NCBI GenBank assembly: GCA_905178155.1 | Contig: CAJINV010000003.1 | Coordinates: 8,189,117-8,253,116, forward strand | Direction: 5' to 3' | DNA length: 64,000 nt | Source: Amoebophrya sp. A120 | Taxonomy: Eukaryota; Protista; Dinoflagellata | Shown: positions 1 to 13,216 of the stretch, piece by piece | Position numbering within the stretch: position 1 is the first letter of the stretch | Layout: each line of letters starts with the position of its first letter | Program-made: the position numbers and the translations under genes | Notes under the pieces: generated by a model | Databases searched by the model: none | What the model saw: only the letters and a program-made list of their open reading frames with translations | Told to the model about the DNA's origin: nothing

Positions 1-315
1 CTCCTGCGATAAGCTTTGAATGCGAATCCGGAAGCCCCCGATGACCCGCGATAGATGGGGATGCTTACTTTCAACCTATGCGCACTAAAACTGTGCTCGC
101 GACTTTTTCTTCGGGCCGCAGTTGTGCTCGCGGCCCTTTAGGGCCGCGACCGCAAACTGCGGCCCGCGGCTCAAGAAGAAGAAGTGGGATTCTAATTAAA
201 AAAAATGGCGGTGGCAGCCGCGCGGCGAAAGCGCGGCTGGTTTGGCTTTCGCGCTGGTTAGATTTTCGCGCACGCATTTGGTTACCAATATCGCCCTCCG
301 GGCGCGATCTTCATA
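1..315. mobile_element. Right part of a Helitron2/Helentron-like non-autonomous element (left part lies outside the window)
   Basis: 1-46 and ~175-315 closely match 33213-33258 and 33305-33463, including the subterminal IR GCGCACGCATTTGGTTACCA and the hairpin CGCCC-TCC-GGGCG; similarity ends at ...TTCATA. Confidence 0.6.
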
Positions 316-1870
316 GTATTGTCCGCAGCTGTGCTTTGTTTTGTTTTTCATCAATCTGCTGCCGGTGACGAGCGTTGGCATTTTGCGTTGGCATTTTGGT
401 TTATGTTGAACCTCTAATTAACCGACGCAACAGCCGTCCACTGCGCCGAATGGTAAGCGGCCGCAAGGAATCCCGAGACCAAGCCAACCTCGGCCCTTCA
501 ATGCTCACGTCGGCCGAGCGACTTCCAGCCGGGGCATCGGTACGGTCATCGAAAATTATGTGCGAAAGACGCCAGGACCTTCTGCAACAGAGCACGAGTT
601 TCGAGACGCAAAAAATACAGGCGGTATCTGTTCAATTCTTTTTTTTTTGTGCACCTCCACCCGAAAACCTTTTTCTTCTTTCCGGGCGAGTCTCCATAGA
701 GAGAGGTCCGGACTACTGTCGCAGTTGCTTCGCAGCCTTGCAGATATTGGTACAAAGGAACGATTGTTACGGATGATCTTGCCATCATTAGTGTGCTCGA
801 TAATTGTTGTTGTCAGGCCCGCATCCGGATTTTCTACCGGTATCGCTCTTTTCCGGTGGTTGGGAGAAGACTCCCTTGGGGGGCATACCCTCCTCGCACA
901 AGCAGCAGGTAGAAAACGAGAAAAATTTTGGGATGCGAAATTTTCTCGACAACTTAAAGAACAAGTAGTGTAGAAGTTTCTGAATGTGGAATAGATGAAG
1001 GTGGCGCAGCTTCTACTACGTTGTTCGAGAGGCGCCTCTTTAGCATGTTGATGGCTTCACATCTGAGAATACAGGTACAGATAAAAAGCAATAGTGTCAC
1101 ACTGGTATAATCTATTATTTCATCGGTCTTGGTCAAAAGAGTCTAAAGTCAATAAACACCAGCTATTAAGCGGAAGGAGTTTCTGGATGCGTGAGTAGCT
1201 CCTTACTTTTGAGCTGCGTATCATTATGTCAGATGAACTACAGTAGCACCACGAGAAAAACTAGTGGTCAAAGTGAAAAATTAGAATGTTTCGCTGGTCG
1301 TTAACTGGAGTTGGTTGCGATTGAATAATGTACACTTTGTAATGATCAGGGTCAATGACAATGCAACAAGATAACCACCTCCACCTGCTGAGCTGCAACG
1401 AGTTTGGAATTGTACTAATCTACCAACATGGCCCCCAGAGGCTTACATTGAAATAAAGACCGAGTCTTGCGAACTCGGAGGAGGCACAGCCGATTTCCCG
1501 CCTATCTCGGGAAGTTTTTCCAGCTGGAGATGGTTAGTGTTCTATGTATGCAGAGCGTGCTGTACAGAGCGAAACCGAAACCGAGGAACCCGAAATCCCA
1601 CAATGTACGTGGCTGCCAGTAGCCTGTCGCTTTCTTGCAAGCATTTGCGAGTGCAAGAAAAAATTCCACCCTAGAGCGTGCGCGCTAACCAACGAAATCG
1701 AAATTCCAAGAGTTTAACTTCGTGCACTAATTTCTATGCACTAATAATGACGATCAGAAGTAAGTAACTGTAGTAGGGCTGTGTCCCTCAGGGTCAGGTT
1801 CAGGCTTCGCTTTGTTTTAATTTGCATTCTCTCTCTCTATTTTGCGACAGTCAAAGCGGACGAAAGCAAC

Positions 1871-4800
1871 ATGTATGCAGACGATGATGACGTCGGCCCG
1901 CATCCGGGCTGTACCTCAAAGACCGTAGAGATTCTGGTGAAAGCGCGGCCGTCTACATTATCCGAAATCGAGGAGGGCGTGCACATGTGCGTAGGGCGTA
2001 CGACACTTGAAGAAAGGACTGCTTCTTGCGACCACGGATCTTCCTCTTTATGCTCCTGTGGCATTTTCGATCCGGAGGGAAATCTACACTTTGAAGTCGG
2101 ACCCTTTGATGGGTTGTACCTGCAACCCGGCAACACCAATAAAGGGGCCGTCGATGTTGAAACAAGATCCGAAGCCGGGAAGCGGGATGAAGACGCGAGC
2201 CCGACAAAATGCAGTGGCGTGGCACTCGCGGAAAAGGTGCTCGCTCGAATTCTTCACTCTGACGCGGCTCCAGTACGATCCCGAGGACGTCGCACACCGT
2301 GCGTCGAACATTTTTTAGGTGGCACAAACGACCCTGCTTTTCGGGACGAGAATAGCGGGGTACCTCAGCGCGAGCATGTGCTGTTGGCTTACGGGCAAAC
2401 CGGTAGCGGGAAGAGCCATACGCTGTTCGGTGCACAGGCTGTAGGCCTATCTGGCCTCGTAGCAGCGCTCGCCGACCAATCGCCGGCGCGAGACAATTTC
2501 GTTTCAGCACGGCCGGTGTCCCCACGCTCTGCAACTTTTCGGAAAGACTCGCAAAAGGCCGCAGAAGCGCTTGCGGATAAATTGGATCACTTCATGAAGC
2601 GCGTGATTTCGCTAGCACGGACACGAAGCGCAGCTGAAAGAAATCACGACCTGCGGCGGTCTTCGTCTTTGGCGCATGGTCCGCCCAGCATCCCGTCTTT
2701 GGGCGATGTGCTCGGCGCACAGGAGGCCGCCCAGTTTTCCATTCCAAGTTCCGCATCGGCTGATGCCCAAGGCTTGCTGCAGCACATCGCGGCCAGTTTG
2801 CTCAACCCCGAAACGAGCAATAAAGTCCCCGATCGAGGAGGAGACCGTTCGGCAAGCGACCCTACTCGTGCAATCGGTGCGAGCAACGGGTGGTCGCCGA
2901 CTGGTGCATGTTTATCCTTTGAGTTTTTGGAACTGTACCTGGACAATCTGCACATTCTGATTCCCCCCTGCCGGGCTTTTGACCTGACCGAGGTGGAGTC
3001 TCTTGCCATTGCTGGATTTTGCCAGCGCGTACTGCGCCCGACCGCGGACAACGAGAACTCTTCTCGCTCTCACGCAATCGTTACGCTCAGGCGCGAGGAA
3101 GATCCAGCTGGAGGGCAGAAAGGAGCAACGAAAGTGACTTTGATTGATCTCGCCGGATCGGAACGGGTGGTAAGTACAAATCGGAGTCGCAAGCAGATGA
3201 TTGAAACGCAATTTATCAACCGCAGTCTGCAGAGTCTGCGTCGCGTCATCACCGCTCTGGGCGATCGGGATGTTGGAGCCGGTTCGAGAACAGGCGTCGG
3301 CTTGGGGGCGCATGTATCCATTTAATATTGTCGTCGTGGATATTAAATTCTTTTTGATTTTGAACCCTTTGGCTATGACAATGACATCTGCGGTAGAACC
3401 CTTTGGCTTTGAACCCTTTGGCTTTGACAATGGCAGTAGTAAGTTTCTCGCCAGTGATGTAGGTACCACGCATTCAGGTCCAGGTGTTTTTTTTTGCTGC
3501 GTGCCTTACTCGTGTAGGTTCGACACGATGGTTTTTTGTTATGCGGCAACGTATGTCAACAAGAAAATGAAAAACCATAACCAGCATTCGGCATGACCAA
3601 TCGAGCTCCGTTAAGGAAAAAAATCAGGTTCCCTGGCGCGATAGCAAATTGACGCAGCTGCTAAGGCCGAGGAGGGGTTCGTGTCCGCTCTTCACCATTT
3701 TAGTCACGTTGTCACCGCACTGTCCTCGGGAAAGTATCGAGAGCTTGCGGTTCGCCGAATCTTGCCGACAGATTCGCTTCTTGGACCAGCACAGTCGTAG
3801 CACAATGGGAGAAGTGCCTGGCACGCCACTCGCGAGCTCAAGCCGAGCGAGGTATTCTTCAAGCTTCAACAGGTTCGGCACTTTGCATCGCACACCTACA
3901 TGTGGCAGCAGCGCAACCGCTGGTACCGGGACGCATACGAGTTGTTCGGAGAGCGCGAGGACATCCTTTATTTCTCGTCCGTCTGGTCGTTTGGGATTCG
4001 GACAGTCCGAAATCGGGGCACATGGATCTCCCCAGCGGCCTAGATCACCCGCAGCAAGAAAGTGCACGCGTGATTTTTACCCCTCGACCTCGAGCGGTCG
4101 TGTCGAATCGGAAATTCGACTCTTGAGGCAGCGTCTGGCCTCTACCTCTCGCAAAGTGATGCAACTCGAATTGGCAAATGAGGCGCTACGGTCTCAGCTG
4201 GACGGAAAAAAGAACGACGAGCCTTCCCTTACTAGTACGATTGCTCGCGATGGGGCCGGAAAAGGAAGACAAGACCAACCTTCACCGTCACCACCAGTAG
4301 TTTCAGAGGCCATGCCTCCCGTGCGTTCGCAGAAAGAAGGACAGGCACTTACTATGCTAAGCGTCGATCTTCCGTTGATAATAATAAATACTCAAGTTTG
4401 AAGATGGTGTTCTTTCTGTGCCCTACTTGTTATCAGTTTCTGCACCTCTTGCCGTGCCCGTTTCATTAATTTTCAATGCTACGCACAGTAGTGATGTTGA
4501 AAGAAAATAAACCGATAATTGCACAGATCGCCGTTGCCGAGCCTTTACTAGAAGGCAACGTAGCGACCTCTTACAGCATCTGGAGCGGTGAGCAGGTTTT
4601 GCGCCCAGGGAGCAGCCCCGACAATCGCCCGCTGCTTTCGCCAGCGGCCCCCCCGATGCCTCCCCGACCCGGCAGCAGTGCGGGCACCTTCTTCGGGCGT
4701 GGCGGTTTCGGTCGTGCGCGCGGGGATGTTTTCAACAAAGTGGATCACTTTCCGCTGCCGAATGAACGGGGACAGCAGCAGTGCGAAAGCGTAGCCTCTA

Positions 4801-6503
4801 CTACCGCGTCATCCACGCGGTCCAGTTCGAAGGAAAGCAGTATCTCTTTTGCCGAACGCGTTCTCGCCACGGATCAAGCGCAGCCTCAGGCAGTGCCGGG
4901 CTTCGTTTCGGACACGGTTCCACACGATGCGGAGGCAACATCAGCTGCTGGAAAGCTGTGCGAGGAACGACAAGCGGTCGAGCGAGGGGGAGGACCCAAC
5001 CACTTTTGCAATGCGCGGCGACCACCAGCATCCGGAGCAGGAACCAAACTTGCTAGTTCCAAGACACCGCGGAAGATGCGCTTTCGCTTTGCTTCGGTCG
5101 GACGACCATTATTTGGCGCGGCGGCTGATCACGACGTCGACTTGTTTACTGATACTGGCGCAAGTGCGAAGCAGAGTCAAGGACTGTCTCCCACAACCGG
5201 CGCGCCTGCCAGGCACCTCCACCGGGCGTCCTCGTCCCCCCGCGTTCTTTCACACTCGCCGAGAGCTACAGCTACAGGCCGGTCGCCTCTCCAAGACCGA
5301 CAACAGCGCATGGCGCGCTCTCCCTCGCCCTGCAACCATCAGCGAGTGAAAAAGGGGATAGCTGCTTCGCCATTTGCCTGCACTTCTTCTCCCCGCAAAA
5401 CACCACCTACCTTTGCCAACAATAAAGGTATCAAGTCTTCTAGGAGCGGATCGAGTGCTGGTCGTAGCAGCAATGACAGAAAGAATCACGACTCCTGCTC
5501 CCCGCCGAGTCGTTCAAATAAACGAGTGGATTTCTGGAGCCGGACCAGACGCACTCCGAGCAAGTCGACGTTGCTGAGCCAGCAACTTGCGACAACCTCG
5601 GTTGCCGCCGTCCGCACTAACACAAGGTTGCTATGTGAGTTGAACGTCGCTGCGGAGCGTTTTCGCGACACTGGCGTCCTCTGCGGTCCAGGCGCTGTGG
5701 GCCAGAGTGTCACTCTGCAACGCGAGAAATCGTCGGACACGGAAATAAAGAAGACATGCATTTTTGCCGCCGCCCCTGCATCGAATTCGAAGAACCCTCT
5801 TCATCTTCGAACGACTGTGGAGAATACGCTTCTGGCGTTCAACGTTGATGTGGAAAGCTTTGCAGCAGGGGCAGCCACACCACTTGGAAGCTCCGTTGAC
5901 GCAGAAAAAAATGAACAGAGACAGGAGGCAGGGATCATCGAGAAGTCGGCCTTGGGAATCGTTGATGAAGAAGATGAGGAAAGAACACAAAATAGCGAAG
6001 ATACTAGCGGAGACCACGGACTAGTACAGCCAAGACCTGCAATCGGGAATAATTACACCGGAGTTGCTGTTGCAGAACCTCCTCCACTGGCTGCTGTAGA
6101 CCGAGAAGACGAGCTTCGCGACGCCATGGTCCAGGAGGAACTACACCCGGCCGCGCTGGAAATGGTTAGCAAGAACCATAGCGAGCATCGTGGGAATGCG
6201 GATCCAAGCGTTTCTTGCAGTGCAGAACAAAGCCGAGTGGAACCAGGTGATGTGAAGAAACCGGTTATTATATCGAATCTGGCAGGTGCGGGCGCCGGCG
6301 CCGGGGCGGGCGTAGTACTGAATGCACCAAGAAACTCGTCTCTGTTACAAGCTGGAACTGCCACGACGCGTCCTGGCTCAGCAGTCAAGGTGGTGCGTAC
6401 GCAATTCTGGAAAAAATTCCTACAACACGACGACAGTGAAGATGCTGTGGGTTCGCTGACGCACTTGCAGAACCTGCAATCACAAGTTGGAAATTCTAAA
6501 TGA
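1871..6503 (+). CDS. Kinesin motor protein (N-terminal motor, low-complexity tail), about 3 exons
   Basis: Motifs VEILVKARP, P-loop AYGQTGSGKS, switch I NENSSRSHA, switch II LIDLAGSER, INRSL. GT-AG intron 3314-3627 joins H to VPWRDSKLTQLL; ESIESLRFA follows. Second intron approx 4345-4526 (boundaries uncertain). Confidence 0.92.
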
Positions 6504-7763
6504 ACCAACATAATTGAACATGTAGTATTCATGCCTAGACTTGCACTTGAATTTTACAAGTAATATGTATTTGTATCAGTACAACATCGTGATCTCGCCA
6601 GTACTCCGATCTGGACCCGAGCAAGCCTGTCTGTGTATGATTATCTGATATTCGTCACGAAAATGCAAATGCAAAACCAGTTCGAATCATGGAAGTTTCA
6701 AGTGCTAAAGTGTACGAATCTCAACATATTGATATTGCGTGAAAGTCAATCTCAGTTTAGAAGTGATTTGGTTTTATCGTCCAGAAAATGGCACCCACGC
6801 CCAGGCCAGGCCGATCCATAACACGGTAGAATCTGAAAAAAGCGTCAAGTAGTGTGTTGCGAACACAATGAATGAGCTGGAATTCTTATTCTCCTGTAGA
6901 CACTTAGTGGTCAGTGTCAGAAGGCTAGCGCTGGCCGTACAACTACGGCTGTGTAAGAGTAGGTTCGCATATATACTCACTTGCCACGAGGCCCCTCCGT
7001 CGGCGCGAGGCGATTCGCTGCACGGCGTTCGCACCCGCCAATGCAGACGCAGATCCCCAGAAATTCGATACTTTTCGCAGTGGGTTGAAAATTGCACAGA
7101 ATCAGAAAGCTTAAAGCTTTTCTGAGCTGATCGCGATTATTCGGTTTTTAAATGCGAATGAATAGATCCTTCATGACAGATTTGCGAATTTGAATTTTAC
7201 CTGGCAAACTCATCGGGTTTCTCCTCCTCCCAGGACTCGGTAGTTCATTGGTTCTCGAAGCTACAGCCACGGATTTGTGACATCGGTCTTCAGTTGTTAA
7301 GCGGGCGCCAGCTATGGCCAAGCGCTTGTTGCCGCCCCTCGATTGATTTATATCTCTTTCTGTGCCTTCTACTGCTCGCTCCTCCTGTCGGTACGCAGTT
7401 CCGGTAATCGGCCTGATGTGTATTTGTATGAATCTGTGAAGCCGCTAGTCGAGCTCGAGCTCTTTCTGTTGTAGCGTCGGTTGCCCTCGCGATGAATGAC
7501 GACACCAAGGAACTGGCTGCAAGAATTCACGTACGCTGCATCTTGTTTCGTTATTTCGAATCACCTGTCTGTCTCTGTGCTTCATCCTCTCTCTCTTTTT
7601 TACCTGCAACACGGATCATCTATCAGGGCCTTTATTTCTGAGCCACTTCTATTTGTGCCCGTTGAAAGTGAACGCAAACGTGTACGAGCGCGAGCGTGGT
7701 ACTCTGCGCGACATGTTTTAGCGGTAGGAATAAGGCCAAAATGAAAATGTAGTCCGACCTTTT

Positions 7764-8219
7764 TTGCTCAGGCTAGCCGCAGCTGTATCTTCCGTCAATT
7801 TCTTTACGGTTGCTTTTCACGTTCGAGGCCGTGTGCTAACTCTCAGCATCATGTTCGCGAAGGCACAAACGCATGCGTTTTTGAATGATGAGCACGAGAA
7901 TGGATGGGCGCCCGCTGCAGCGGACACGCGTTCGGAGCAATTATTATCAGCCTCCGGGGTGGTAACAACGCAGCAACAGGCCGAACAAATTACGGCGCAA
8001 CAAGATGCAGAGGGGATATTATTGCAGTGCTGTGCCTGTTTCATCTGCTTGGTCTTTTTTCTGGCGCTGTGCGTGATGGGCCTCTTGTACCACAAATCCG
8101 ACCTGGGCATCCTGGACTCCACTGGCGAGCGACGATTCGTAGATCGGATCATGTGTTTGCGCAGAAAGGAAACACCGCGGCCCCGTGCCAGCTGGGAACA
8201 AGATGCCATCGAATTCTAA
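7764..8219 (+). CDS. Small putative membrane protein (start uncertain)
   Basis: 151-aa ORF with hydrophobic segment ILLQCCACFICLVFFLALCVMGLLY; no family recognised. Confidence 0.45.
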   Translation: MLRLAAAVSSVNFFTVAFHVRGRVLTLSIMFAKAQTHAFLNDEHENGWAPAAADTRSEQLLSASGVVTTQQQAEQITAQQDAEGILLQCCACFICLVFFLALCVMGLLYHKSDLGILDSTGERRFVDRIMCLRRKETPRPRASWEQDAIEF

Positions 8220-9670
8220 GTCAGCACCTCCTTGTAATTTTGGAGCTGGAATAATTCCATCACTTGCGAACTCATCTTGTTACTTATGTCAGATTCATTT
8301 TGGAATTCCATCCTTCAAACTCCTTGCATTCCAGTTCTTCAGCATCCTTGGACGAGCGTGTCAGTTTGCGCAGAATTGTTATGTGAGACAGGGTGGAAAA
8401 AGGATTCGCGCGCGTATTTGGACGCATGTCGCTAACAGCTGGGAACGAAGTTTTCTTTTCGTCATGTCTCATCAATCTCTCAAATGGTTGTCATCATGAG
8501 CATGCCCTGTTTTGCAAATCAATGCTACAGTGACAGGAGAAGACTCAATGAATAAGTATCATGGTTTTACGTTTCATGTCTTGTCTATTCACGCTAATGT
8601 ATGATGTGTACTTTTAAGGAGCAATGACTGACTCTGAATTAAGTACTTATTTGAGAGCTACTTCGTCCTCCGTTGTTTTCTCTGTAGGAACCCAAGCGAT
8701 GAAATCATATGTGAGCCGCGGCTCCTGTGCTGGTGTTTGTTGTGTGTCTGTGTTCCTCTTGATGTTCAGCGAAAGTTGCATGCCGAGAAGAAGATGAACA
8801 TAAAAAGCAAAAGGATGCAGCAAGAGTGGAAACGCCAATGTCAGGTCCTCTTAAGTCCATGCTGCTTCGGAAGATACAAAAGACTTTTTGGTTTTGGTCT
8901 TTACCGTAGTCAAGTTTTCCTGTCGTTTTGTCGTTCCGTGCTGCTGAATTTTTACCGTATGCGCAAAGTGCGTCTCGTACTTGTTCGATGTTTCTTCATG
9001 GAAGTGGCGTATTTTTGGCATTTAAAAAGACAAACACAAGCACCAGCAATTCTTCGCTGAGCCAAAGCTTGGCATACTATGCATGGTAGTCTGTTTAGCA
9101 GGCTTCTGTTACTTTTTGTGCCACAAGTTAGTTCTTGCTTTCATCGTGCCCACCAGACAGAAAACAGATTCGCTGGTCGCTTGCGGACTGTGGAATCGTG
9201 AAGGTTCGTATCGTACTGTTTATTCGTGCTGATGTCGTTCTCCAATCTTTCTTGCAAGTGTGGTCCGTGTTGCCTTCAGACTCGTCGCGGCTGGACCGGT
9301 TCGTTCATTCAGTGCATTGATTTCGAGTAAAGTATTAATCAACACCAAGTCGAAAGAAAATTTCATGATGGATTGCCTGAAAAAGTAAACGCAGTAATAT
9401 TCTGTACCCTTACCTCAGGAAATTCTCGCCTCTGCGTCCTGAACGCTAGTATTAGTTTTACATCGGCAATGTGTGCAATAGGTAGCAAGTACGTTTGGAT
9501 GCGCTGTGTGTCCGCGTCCATTTTCGTGTTGTAGTTTTAGCTTTTCGGCTGTCCTCGTTGTGTCGCGACATATTCCCCGCCTGTCGCAAACGCAATCATC
9601 AGTACTACTTAGTCTCTTACGCTTCAATATCAAACGACGAACGGTTTCTTGCGCGTAACTACGCTAAAAT

Positions 9671-12274
9671 ATGGTGCGTTCTATTGTGCTAAGGTTTTAT
9701 TCGCGGAGATTCATCTGTACGTGCTCTTGGATTTGGTCATTGTGCTCGCCTTGCACTTTTGATTCACTCCTTCGTGGTGATGTTGCTGTAGTGAGCGTCG
9801 AAGCAGGATCCAGAGGCAAATGTTTTGTCTCGGGTCTCGTGCTGCCGAACAGCCAAAGAACAAGCACCACGAGCAAGAAGAGCAACAGTGTTGTGTCCTT
9901 GTTGCAAGAAAGCCGGGAGCAGGTCCATCGGCGCGACCGTGAAAATTCGGGGAAAGAATCCCGAAAAAGCGAGCCCCCGAGGACACTCAGTGTCACGCAG
10001 CCACGTCAGCGCGGGCGTACCAAGTTGTACCCGAGCTACTACGAGAGGAGCGGCGGGCCAGATGTTTTCACCTCCTCTGTGTCGTCTCCGCGCAGCTTGG
10101 CGTTACCATCTCTACTTCATCGAAAGACGCTTGCGGACTCAGAACTGGTGACTGACACGAAAAGAAGTTCCTGGTCTAGCTTCGCCTTGACCAAGGATAC
10201 AGACACAGCTTCTGAGGAGCAGCAGTCGGATCCTGAAGAGTGCTTGAGGAAGCATGGCCAGTGGAAGCCCGCGGTGAGAGTAAATCTTCTAAACCCTAGT
10301 TCGTTTGATGAGCAGCGCGGCGTCGCACACGATGGCGGATATTTTCGTGCGCGAACGTGCACCGTTGGCGGATATCGTCGTTTTGGGGATGCCTACATCG
10401 GCGGCTTCTGCCACGACGACAGCGATGCTGACCACTGCCGCGAATTTTGCCAAGAAAGCGTGTTGGCAAGCGATCAGTGGCGATTTCTGTCACGGCAGAG
10501 GTGTTGCTATTGCGAGTCCAGCGAGTTGAGCGCACCAAGCAGTGGTCTACGCCCCGATGAAACGGGCGGTCTTTGTTCTTTTAACGGAGGCGAGGGACTG
10601 CGTGCCCCGTTGTCGGAAGACAATTTCCTCCCCGCCTGCTGCGACGGCTGGAGGCTTGAAAGGCTCCTGGATGACCCTTTCTTCGATGCTAGTACCGACG
10701 CGAGCAGCACAACTTCAGAGGGGCAAAACCAAGGAACCGGCGACGAGGTTCGCGAAGAGAGACATCAGTGCCAACTCATGTTTGATACTTGGAAAAGCGA
10801 GACTGTGCAGCAAAAAGCCCTCGTCCGTTGGAGGCCATGTCACGACCCTTCTGGTGCTGATGACCAAGCGCTTTGCCCCCGGGAAGCCCGCGTGAAGTCG
10901 GAAACTCTTTTGGCAAGGTTTCCGAACCCATCCGCGTGCTGTGCGGTGACCTTGCTCAAGCACAGACCCGACAGCGTCGCCCTAAACTCCGATATTGCCT
11001 TCGAAATTCCGGCTGCCTACCTACCGCTAGAGACTGTCACCGTGAGACTGAAGGGTAAGGAAAGCCTCGGCAACAGACTTCGAATCGACCCGAGCATAAA
11101 CGTCTGGGGTTCTCGCAACCTAACGGTCGCGGATATGCTAGGAAAAAGTCTCGCGGCGGGGACGGACGGCGCAGACTGCTGGTACGCGTGCCACATGTAC
11201 AACGGACGGCAGGCCGGGTGCGCCACCGACTTTTGTCGGAAGAAGTTCGGCGGCAATTCGGACTGCTGCCGCAATCTGCTGCCGCAATCTGGCAATCTGC
11301 AGCCCGACGGCCCGCGGTGCCCCTCTGTTACAAATGCGAGGGACCCCCGAGCCGTGGGGCAATTCGGGGAGGGTTTTCCTAGATGGGGCACGGGCCCCGA
11401 CGAGCCGTGGGGCAGCCACACCTGGGGCTCGCCTTTCCAGCACATGTGTATCGACTTACCCTTAACGAACTGGAGCGCCGTCGAGCAAACGTCGTTCCGA
11501 ACAACGCCGGCGAAGTGGGTTAGCACCTCAAGCACGACAGGAGGTGGGCGCAGCGATATACTCGCCGCGGATGAACATGCGACAGTAGAGGCCACCCAGG
11601 CGACGGAGCTGGAAAGAATTGGCGGAGCTCTTCACGAGAGCTGGCAAGTGGGTGAAGAAAAGCCGGCATCGAACGCGACGAACACGAACTACACGAACAT
11701 GCCCAATAACGAACCAGCGCAAGACGTATCTGCGAAGAATGTAGCCGAGCCGTCGGAGGACACGGACATCCTCGCAGCATCACTCCCAGGCGGGGAGAGC
11801 AACGAGGACGCGCAAGAAGTACACCTGCAGCGAGCCGGTAGGACGACCGAACAATGTGAAGATACCACCCCCGCTGCGCGGCACCAGAACAAGACCGCGC
11901 AGAGCCAGGAGAACGAGGGTCTTCATCAGCATGTAATGTGCCTGAGGACCACACTTCTCAGCGTGGTTATTGGTGTGACAGTCGTGGCTTGCTTCCTCTT
12001 GTTTACGTGCAGCCAGCAGATGGGCCTCGCCTGCTGCGAGCTGGAGGACCAGGACCGGACCGACTCAGAATATTTAGCAGACGAGATGAAACACGCACAG
12101 CCTGCACCGAAAAAGGCAAGCCCGGATCCACCCAAAAGTAAATTCCAGAATCAAATTCCGTACTCCGTGGGAAGCTCCGCGGTGCGGTCGAACATAGATT
12201 CCTCCTTCGTGCCATTAACGGGGGAAATAGAGAGCCCCTCTATCAAGAACACGCCAGAATTCGGCTCGATCTAA
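9671..12274 (+). CDS. Cys-rich putative single-pass surface/membrane protein
   Basis: 867-aa uninterrupted ORF; hydrophobic N-terminus, Cys-rich middle, TM segment TLLSVVIGVTVVACFLLFTC near the C-terminus. Confidence 0.75.
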   Translation: MVRSIVLRFYSRRFICTCSWIWSLCSPCTFDSLLRGDVAVVSVEAGSRGKCFVSGLVLPNSQRTSTTSKKSNSVVSLLQESREQVHRRDRENSGKESRKSEPPRTLSVTQPRQRGRTKLYPSYYERSGGPDVFTSSVSSPRSLALPSLLHRKTLADSELVTDTKRSSWSSFALTKDTDTASEEQQSDPEECLRKHGQWKPAVRVNLLNPSSFDEQRGVAHDGGYFRARTCTVGGYRRFGDAYIGGFCHDDSDADHCREFCQESVLASDQWRFLSRQRCCYCESSELSAPSSGLRPDETGGLCSFNGGEGLRAPLSEDNFLPACCDGWRLERLLDDPFFDASTDASSTTSEGQNQGTGDEVREERHQCQLMFDTWKSETVQQKALVRWRPCHDPSGADDQALCPREARVKSETLLARFPNPSACCAVTLLKHRPDSVALNSDIAFEIPAAYLPLETVTVRLKGKESLGNRLRIDPSINVWGSRNLTVADMLGKSLAAGTDGADCWYACHMYNGRQAGCATDFCRKKFGGNSDCCRNLLPQSGNLQPDGPRCPSVTNARDPRAVGQFGEGFPRWGTGPDEPWGSHTWGSPFQHMCIDLPLTNWSAVEQTSFRTTPAKWVSTSSTTGGGRSDILAADEHATVEATQATELERIGGALHESWQVGEEKPASNATNTNYTNMPNNEPAQDVSAKNVAEPSEDTDILAASLPGGESNEDAQEVHLQRAGRTTEQCEDTTPAARHQNKTAQSQENEGLHQHVMCLRTTLLSVVIGVTVVACFLLFTCSQQMGLACCELEDQDRTDSEYLADEMKHAQPAPKKASPDPPKSKFQNQIPYSVGSSAVRSNIDSSFVPLTGEIESPSIKNTPEFGSI

Positions 12275-13216
12275 GTAAATATTGCCGCCCAGCAAAAGTA
12301 TGCTTATGCGCGTGCGCCTCGCACATGTCGTACCCGTATCTATCAGTAGCTTCGCATTCATGCCCGCACTGTTGTATTAGTAAGTCGTGAATGGAAATGC
12401 ATTCCGAAAAGACCAAAAGAGAAAATCTACGACGAACTGCCCATCTTAATGGTAGTGTATGCTCTGAAACCGTGGACGAGAAGGAGATGAGAGCGCGCCG
12501 CTGGGAACAAAGAATGCCGAAATGGATCGCTTGTGGTGGGTGTTCACGAGAACAATTATTTCCGATGGACAAATAAAACTTAAACTTTCGTGCTGTCGTT
12601 CAAAAAAGAGTTCTGGAAATCGGTGCCTGTCGTTAACACATGCTTTTTTTTCGTCCTCTGTTGTTTGTCTTTTTTTTTCGTGCTTGGATTTTTGTTTTTA
12701 GTACGCTAGCTGCATTTTCGACGTGCAACTGGGATTGCAAAAGCAGTCATATCCCTCGTTCCATCAACCTCTCCATCGTGCAATATCGAACGTGACCTCG
12801 TAGCAGCGAGCGCTGTAGACATTCATGGTAAATTTGTTGTCGAGTGTGTCTCTGTCGACAATATTGACGTACCTCCTCTAAGTACTTCAAATCGTTGCTG
12901 CTGCAGGACGCATCTGTATTCACCCCATAGTGACAAAGGAAGAAAGTACTTACTTGCTGAAATAAACAGAAACAAGAATAGAAATAAATTTCCGTCCTGC
13001 TTCCTTGGTTTGGCTGTGGAGAATTTCCGCAGCCACGAGCGCACCCTTACCACCTAGAGTTCCGCATTTGTTGCCGTTTACTCGGTCACTGCATGTCGCC
13101 TTATTTGTGTATTTTACATACAAGTTGTCTAACTCTAAGTTGGCGGAAAGTTCCTCAATACAAATTCGAAATTCAAACTTGATTTAGCTCCGCATCAAAG
13201 CGGCTGGCATTGGATC

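Noticed and set aside
375-973. Overlapping 133/137-aa ORFs after the first element
   Set aside because: No recognisable motif or consistent exon structure.
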